Shown here: positions 56,539 to 60,925 of the stretch, piece by piece
Position numbering within the stretch: position 1 is the first letter of the stretch
Layout of the letters: each line of letters opens with the position of its first letter
Assembly: GCA_038230375.1 (NCBI GenBank)
Contig: JBBRNJ010000057.1
Coordinates: 1-60,925 of the forward strand
Direction: 5' to 3'
DNA from: Polyangiales bacterium
GTDB lineage: Bacteria; Myxococcota_A; Polyangia; Polyangiales; Polyangiaceae
Length of the DNA: 60,925 nt
The notes under the pieces: model-generated
Told to the model about the DNA's origin: nothing
The model's database searches: none
What the model saw: the letters and a program-made list of their open reading frames with translations, nothing else
Made by a program: the position numbers and the translations under genes

Positions 56539-56856
56539 GTGCACACCCAGGACGCAGTCTTCCGCGCGCTCGCCGATCCCAGCCGGCGCGCGGTGTTCGA
56601 GCAGCTCACGCGCGGGGAGTCCGCGGTGAACGATCTGACCGCGCGGTTCTCGATCTCGCAGCCCGCGGTCTCGCAGCACCTCGCCACGCTTCGGAAGGCG
56701 GGGCTCGTGCTGGAGCGGCGCGAGGGGCGACACGTCTACTACCGCGTCGAGCCCAAGGGCCTCCGCCCGCTCGTCGACTGGCTCACGCACTACCAGGCCT
56801 TCTGGACAGACCGGATGGAGCGACTTCAAACACTGCTGACGGAGATGGACGAATGA
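56539..56856 (+). CDS. ArsR/SmtB family repressor
   Basis: FRALADPSRR, SQPAVSQHL..L..AGLV, EGR..YY. Confidence 0.9.
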   Translation: MHTQDAVFRALADPSRRAVFEQLTRGESAVNDLTARFSISQPAVSQHLATLRKAGLVLERREGRHVYYRVEPKGLRPLVDWLTHYQAFWTDRMERLQTLLTEMDE

Positions 56857-57302
56857 ACACGCAGAACGACGAGACCGCGGAGACGCAGACCATCTCGATG
56901 AACTTCGATCTCCCGCATCCGCCCGCGAAGGTCTGGCGTTGCCTCACCGAGCCCGCGCTGCTCGCGAAGTGGCTCATGGCAACGGACCTTGCGCCCGTCG
57001 TCGGGAAGGTGTTCACGTTCAAGGCGCCATCGGGGCCGGGATGGGACGGGACCGTGAACTGCGAGATGCAGGAGGTAGAGCCGCAGAAGCGCATTCGCTA
57101 TTCGTGGGGCGGCGGTGGTCTCGAAGGCACGGTCGTCACGTGGACGCTGACGCCAACGGAGAGCGGCGGCACGCTCCTTCATCTGGAGCACTCGGGCTTC
57201 CGGCGTGACAAGGGGCAGGCGCGGTTCTTCGAGGGCGCAAAGTACGGCTGGCAGCTCATGGCGGGCCAGCGTCTGGGTGCGACGCTCGCGGAGCTCTCGT
57301 GA
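56853..57302 (+). CDS. SRPBCC/AHSA1 domain protein
   Basis: HPP.KVW..LT.P.LL.KW, V.WTL.P...GT.L.LEHSGF, GW. ATGA overlap. Confidence 0.9.
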   Translation: MNTQNDETAETQTISMNFDLPHPPAKVWRCLTEPALLAKWLMATDLAPVVGKVFTFKAPSGPGWDGTVNCEMQEVEPQKRIRYSWGGGGLEGTVVTWTLTPTESGGTLLHLEHSGFRRDKGQARFFEGAKYGWQLMAGQRLGATLAELS

Positions 57303-57730
57303 CTGCGCAGATCACCACGCACGCGCGCAACAGCGGCGGCAAGAGCAGCAGCGGCAGCAGGAGCAACAGCGCGACCGCCTACTGGGTGTTCACCGGTCTC
57401 TTCGCCCTCCAGATGGGCTTCACGGCATACGCACACCTCCGCATCCCGCAAGCGGCAGCGGTCTTTGCGCGCCTCGGATTCCCGGACTACTTCCGGGTCG
57501 AGCTCTGCGTGGCGAAGCTGCTCGGGCTCGCGGTCCTGCTCCTGCCCATGGCGCCGGCGGTGGTGAAGGAGTGGGCCTACGCCGGCTTCGCGTTCGTCCT
57601 TGGCTCGGCTCTCATCGCGCACCTTGCTGTGGGAGATGGCGCCGCGGCGTGGGGCTGGTCGGTGGGCACGTTCGCCCTCGAGGCGCTCTCGTACTACTTC
57701 TATCGGCGTCGCATCCACGCAGGAAATTGA
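57299..57730 (+). CDS. DoxX-like family membrane protein
   Basis: YW..T.L, LGFP.YF, AK.LG, KEWAYAGF, AH...GD. Confidence 0.88.
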   Translation: MTAQITTHARNSGGKSSSGSRSNSATAYWVFTGLFALQMGFTAYAHLRIPQAAAVFARLGFPDYFRVELCVAKLLGLAVLLLPMAPAVVKEWAYAGFAFVLGSALIAHLAVGDGAAAWGWSVGTFALEALSYYFYRRRIHAGN

Positions 57731-57832
57731 GCGGCCGCGCTCACCTCGGTGTGTTCGTCGCCCAGCGGACCCCAACCGTTCGTGAAGTGACGCCGCGCAG
57801 AACGTGCACTGCCTGGATCTTGTTTGCGAACA

Positions 57833-58009
57833 TCAGTTCCACGCACCTTTGACGGGTGCCTCTTGCACGGCGTCGTCGGCATCGAAGCCGTCGCGACAGA
57901 CGCGCAGGCCGAACCGATAGACCCGATCGTGGTGGGCGCGGACGAGCAACGCGAGCGCCTCGTCGTCCCCGCGTGCCGCCATCGTCACTTGCAGCGCGTG
58001 GTCTCGCAT
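57833..58009 (-). pseudogene. Truncated ECF sigma factor (region 2 fragment)
   Basis: GD.EA...LV..H..RVYRFG.R.C....DADDAVQEA, then a stop after 7 unrelated residues. No continuation in other frames. TGATG-coupled to the upstream gene. Confidence 0.7.
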
Positions 58010-58227
58010 CAGGTCTTCTCGCCCCTCAGCGGACACGTGGAGATCCCGATCATGCGGTACCCCAGGCAAGAGCCCGCGACCGCCGTTCCGAGCATGTATG
58101 CGCCGCCGATACCCAGCGCGAAGATCCGCACGAGAAGCGGGAGAGGCGCGAGCACGCTGCCGGCCAGCATGGAAACTCCGGAAACCGCGCGAAGCGCTCG
58201 ATCCCAGGTAGCTGCGTTCTGTTTCAT
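58009..58227 (-). CDS. DUF2892/YgaP-like membrane protein
   Basis: M..N....DR..R, G.C..Y...G.STC. AAGGAG RBS. Confidence 0.85.
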   Translation of the reverse strand: MKQNAATWDRALRAVSGVSMLAGSVLAPLPLLVRIFALGIGGAYMLGTAVAGSCLGYRMIGISTCPLRGEKT

Positions 58228-58300
58228 GGGTGACTCCTTGAACCCAAGAGCCTCGCCGGCCCGATAAGGATCCAGGAAATCGATCGTCGCGCGGTTTTCG

Positions 58301-58879
58301 CTAGCTGGGCGTGATGAGCACCACGCTGTAGCCGATCGCTCGCTTCGCGCCTTCGTTCGCGTAGGAATGCTTCTGGTCGCCCTGGAAGACGGCCACGTCA
58401 CCCTCCTTCACGCGGAACGTCTGACCGGAGACCACGAGCGTGATCTCGCCCTCCTCGACCGTCAGATACTCGCGCGTGCCCTGCGTGTGCGGCACGCCGA
58501 TCAGGCGCGCGCGGGCCGGAAGGTCCATGCGGTCGATCTCCATGCCAGGGAGCGGGTCGGGCAGGAGCTTCTTCACCCTGGCAAGACCGCGCACCTTCTC
58601 GCGCAGCGAGTCCTTTGGATAGAGGCGGCATGTGGCGCGCGGCTCGGCAAGGAGCTCCTCGATGCTGACGTTCAGCGCCTGCGCCACCTTGTGGAGCACG
58701 GACAGCGTGGGATTCGCGCCATACGACTCCAGGTTTGCCCAGGTGGCGCGCGGGATCTTGGCGAGCTTCGACATCTCGGCCTGCGTGGCGCCCCGCAGCT
58801 CGCGCAGGGTCTTCACGTTGCTGGCAAGGCGCTCCGCGAGCGGGCCGTTCCCTTCCGTGGCTGTTCCCGGGTCCGTCAT
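58301..58879 (-). CDS. XRE-family HTH regulator with a cupin domain
   Basis: LA.NV..LR, E...ANPTL..L.K.A.AL, PH..GTREY, GD...F.GD..HSY.N. Confidence 0.9.
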   Translation of the reverse strand: MTDPGTATEGNGPLAERLASNVKTLRELRGATQAEMSKLAKIPRATWANLESYGANPTLSVLHKVAQALNVSIEELLAEPRATCRLYPKDSLREKVRGLARVKKLLPDPLPGMEIDRMDLPARARLIGVPHTQGTREYLTVEEGEITLVVSGQTFRVKEGDVAVFQGDQKHSYANEGAKRAIGYSVVLITPS

Positions 58880-58896
58880 GCGCCCAGGGTGGCAGC

Positions 58897-58914
58897 TTGC
58901 CAATGTATTGGCAA
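58897..58914. promoter_or_regulatory. Palindrome TTGCCAAT-GT-ATTGGCAA, candidate XRE operator
   Basis: Perfect 8-bp arms in the divergent XRE/SDR gap. Confidence 0.65.
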
Positions 58915-58946
58915 CCGTGATGCAGGATTGGAGCGGCGGGCCCACC

Positions 58947-59699
58947 ATGAGGACCATGACCACCTTGAAGAACGCACGGGTCCTGTTGACGGGGGCGAGC
59001 CGCGGGCTCGGTGAGGAGCTTGCGGTGACGCTGGCGCGGCGCGGAGCCAAGCTCGTGCTCGTGGCGCGCGGAGAGAAGGAGCTCGCGCGGGTCTGCGCCC
59101 GCATCGCGGCAGAAGGCGGCAGCGCCGTGGGCATCACTGCGGATGTTGCAGACAAGGAAGCAGTGCATCGCCTCGCGGCGCAGGCCGCTGCGGCATTCGT
59201 GTCCGACGGCGCGCCCGGAGGCGTGGATGTGCTCATTCACAACGCGGGCACGCTCGGGCCCTCGCCGCTGGAGCTGATGCTCGACACCGACTGCGAGGAC
59301 CTGGAGCGCGCGTTCGCCGTGAACGTGCTCGGTCCGTTCCGGCTCACGAAGGCGGTGCTCGGGCACATGTCGCTGCGCGGGAGCGGCCTCGTCGTCGCGG
59401 TCTCGTCCGACGCCGCGGTGAACGCGTATCCGACGTGGGGCGCGTACGGCGCGACGAAGGCGGCGATCGAGCACACGATGCGCACGTTCGCTGCAGAGAG
59501 CGAAGGCTCTGGCGTGCGCTTCCTCGTGGTGGACCCAGGCGAGATGGACACGCGCATGCACGCAGACGCGCTGCCCGATGCTGACAGGGCCACGCTCACG
59601 CCACCGCGCGTCGCCGCCGAGCGCCTGGTGCGAGCGATGGAGAAGGCGATGAGCGACAAGGCTGCATTCACACGCGTCGAGCTTGGAGGTGCGTCATGA
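58947..59699 (+). CDS. Short-chain dehydrogenase/reductase
   Basis: TGASRGLG, HNAG, SS.A, YGATK, VDPGEMDT.MH. Alternative start at 58956. Confidence 0.9.
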   Translation: MRTMTTLKNARVLLTGASRGLGEELAVTLARRGAKLVLVARGEKELARVCARIAAEGGSAVGITADVADKEAVHRLAAQAAAAFVSDGAPGGVDVLIHNAGTLGPSPLELMLDTDCEDLERAFAVNVLGPFRLTKAVLGHMSLRGSGLVVAVSSDAAVNAYPTWGAYGATKAAIEHTMRTFAAESEGSGVRFLVVDPGEMDTRMHADALPDADRATLTPPRVAAERLVRAMEKAMSDKAAFTRVELGGAS

Positions 59700-60781
59700 A
59701 GGAGGCAACCTGGAGAGACGGAAGAGGTCGCGACGCCAAGATGCTCGTGGTCGACAGCGCGCGCATGACGTCGCTCCGCGTCGGCGACCTCGACAGCGAG
59801 GTCCGCGCGGGAGATCTCATCGTGCTCAACGACGCAGCCACGATGCCAGCACTCCTCCGCGGCCGAACAGCGAGCGGAGAGCCAGTGGAGCTCCGGCTTG
59901 CAGCACACACGGGTGATGGAGCGTTCGTCGCAGTGCTCTTCGGCGAAGGGGACACGTCGATGCGAACAGAGGAGAGAGGAGCAGCGCCGAGGGTGAGGGC
60001 AGGGGAGAGGCTGACGTTGGAGTCGAGGTCTGAGGTCGAAGTCGAGGTCGGTGTCGAAGTCGAAGTCGTCTCCGTCGATGTCGATCACCCTCGCATCGTC
60101 GTTCTTCGTTTCGTCGGTCGCGCGGAGGACGCGATCTTCCGTCTCGGGAAGCCCGTGCAGTATGCATATGTCTCGCGGCCGCTCTCGCTCTTTCATGTGA
60201 CGCCGGTCTTCGCTGCCGAGCCCTGGGCGTTCGAGCCTGCTTCGGCGGGGCTCACGCTCGACTTCCGGACGCTCGCGCGGCTCCGTGCGAAGGGCGCGGA
60301 GGTCGCGGTCGTGACCCACGCTGCGGGGCTGTCGTCGCTCGGGTCGCCGGCACTCGACGCGCTGTTGCCGTTCGCGGAGCTGTCGCGTGTGCCCGAGTCG
60401 ACTGCGGATGCGGTGCGGCGCACGAAGGCGCGGGGCGGGCGTGTCTTCGCCATCGGGACAACGGTAGTGCGCGCGCTGGAGAGCGCGGCGGTCCCGGGGC
60501 CGACAATCCTCGCGGCGCGTGCGGGGCTCACGTCGCTGCTCGTGGGTGAGGAGCGTGCGCTCGGCGTGGTCGACGTGGTGCTCACGGGCGTGCACGTGCC
60601 GGGCGAGAGCCACCACGAGCTCCTCGCAGCATTCCAGCCGCGCGACGTGCTAGGCGCAGCGTGCGAGCGGGCCGAGCAAGAGGGCTTCCGCTCCCACGAG
60701 CTTGGCGACACGATGCTGGTCTACGCGAGGAATAGCGGCTCGCCCGCGCGCGCCGAGCCTGCGATGAGGCGAGCATCGTGA
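59696..60781 (+). CDS. QueA-family (SAM:tRNA ribosyltransferase-isomerase-like) divergent paralog
   Basis: GDL.VLND, EP.SAGL, H.AG.S, GGRV.AIGTTVVRALE, TG.H.P..SH, HE.GD.ML. ATGA overlap with the SDR. Confidence 0.8.
   Translation: MKEATWRDGRGRDAKMLVVDSARMTSLRVGDLDSEVRAGDLIVLNDAATMPALLRGRTASGEPVELRLAAHTGDGAFVAVLFGEGDTSMRTEERGAAPRVRAGERLTLESRSEVEVEVGVEVEVVSVDVDHPRIVVLRFVGRAEDAIFRLGKPVQYAYVSRPLSLFHVTPVFAAEPWAFEPASAGLTLDFRTLARLRAKGAEVAVVTHAAGLSSLGSPALDALLPFAELSRVPESTADAVRRTKARGGRVFAIGTTVVRALESAAVPGPTILAARAGLTSLLVGEERALGVVDVVLTGVHVPGESHHELLAAFQPRDVLGAACERAEQEGFRSHELGDTMLVYARNSGSPARAEPAMRRAS
60022..60085. repeat. GTCGNN hexamer array, in frame in the QueA-like gene (EVEVEVGVEVEVVSVDVD)
   Basis: Same unit alphabet as the other arrays. 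Confidence 0.75.
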
Positions 60782-60825
60782 CCGTGTCAGCACCGGTCTT
60801 GAGTGGTCCCACTTTCACCAAGATC

Positions 60826-60873
60826 ACCGGGCACCATGCGCCCTGCTGAAAAGGGGCGCAGTGGGGGCCCGGT
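60826..60873 (+). terminator. Long imperfect GC-rich hairpin downstream of the QueA-like gene
   Basis: accgggc/gcccggt, cca/tgg and tgcgccc/gggcgca stems. No U tract. Confidence 0.3.
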
Positions 60874-60925
60874 AGACGACGATCTCTTGAGCGCATAGGG
60901 AGAGGCCCCGGAGTCATCAGCTCCG

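Noticed and set aside
57331..57370. AGC-rich low-complexity stretch at the DoxX N-terminus
   Set aside because: Short imperfect Ser/Gly run with no clear unit or significance.
1..60925. Mobile elements, prophage, tRNA or rRNA
   Set aside because: No transposase, integrase or phage motifs, terminal inverted repeats or cloverleaf sequences were recognised.

Overview
High-GC (~70%) chromosomal region of a myxobacterium. The likely lineage is Polyangiales/Labilithrix-like, inferred from many lipobox proteins with DAG/DAS-rich linkers, Cys-rich surface proteins and MYXO-CTERM-type tails. About 55 CDSs can be supported. Housekeeping and metabolic genes include pntAA/pntAB/pntB, serA, a D-2-hydroxyglutarate dehydrogenase-like flavoprotein, asnS, agmatinase and an aldehyde dehydrogenase. 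Regulators include GlxA/AraC, an ECF42-type sigma with its DGPF partner, a V4R histidine kinase, ArsR and XRE-cupin. About 15 genes encode lipoproteins. I found no rRNA, tRNA, CRISPR array, transposase or integrase. The most notable observations are: (1) a ~233-nt rod-like, G-U-rich structured RNA candidate filling the gap upstream of serA (12485-12717, + strand); (2) a winged-helix/STAND-ATPase regulator with a C-terminal globin domain that keeps its own hairpin-occluded SD/GTG start and sits directly upstream of a paralogous stand-alone globin, with phased GATC repeats between them; (3) a dispersed GTCGNN hexamer microsatellite family found both between genes and in frame inside genes; (4) a ferritin-like di-iron/DUF362 fusion; (5) widespread TANNNT boxes just upstream of start codons, suggesting leaderless mRNAs. 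All family assignments come from motif recognition by eye; no searches were run.
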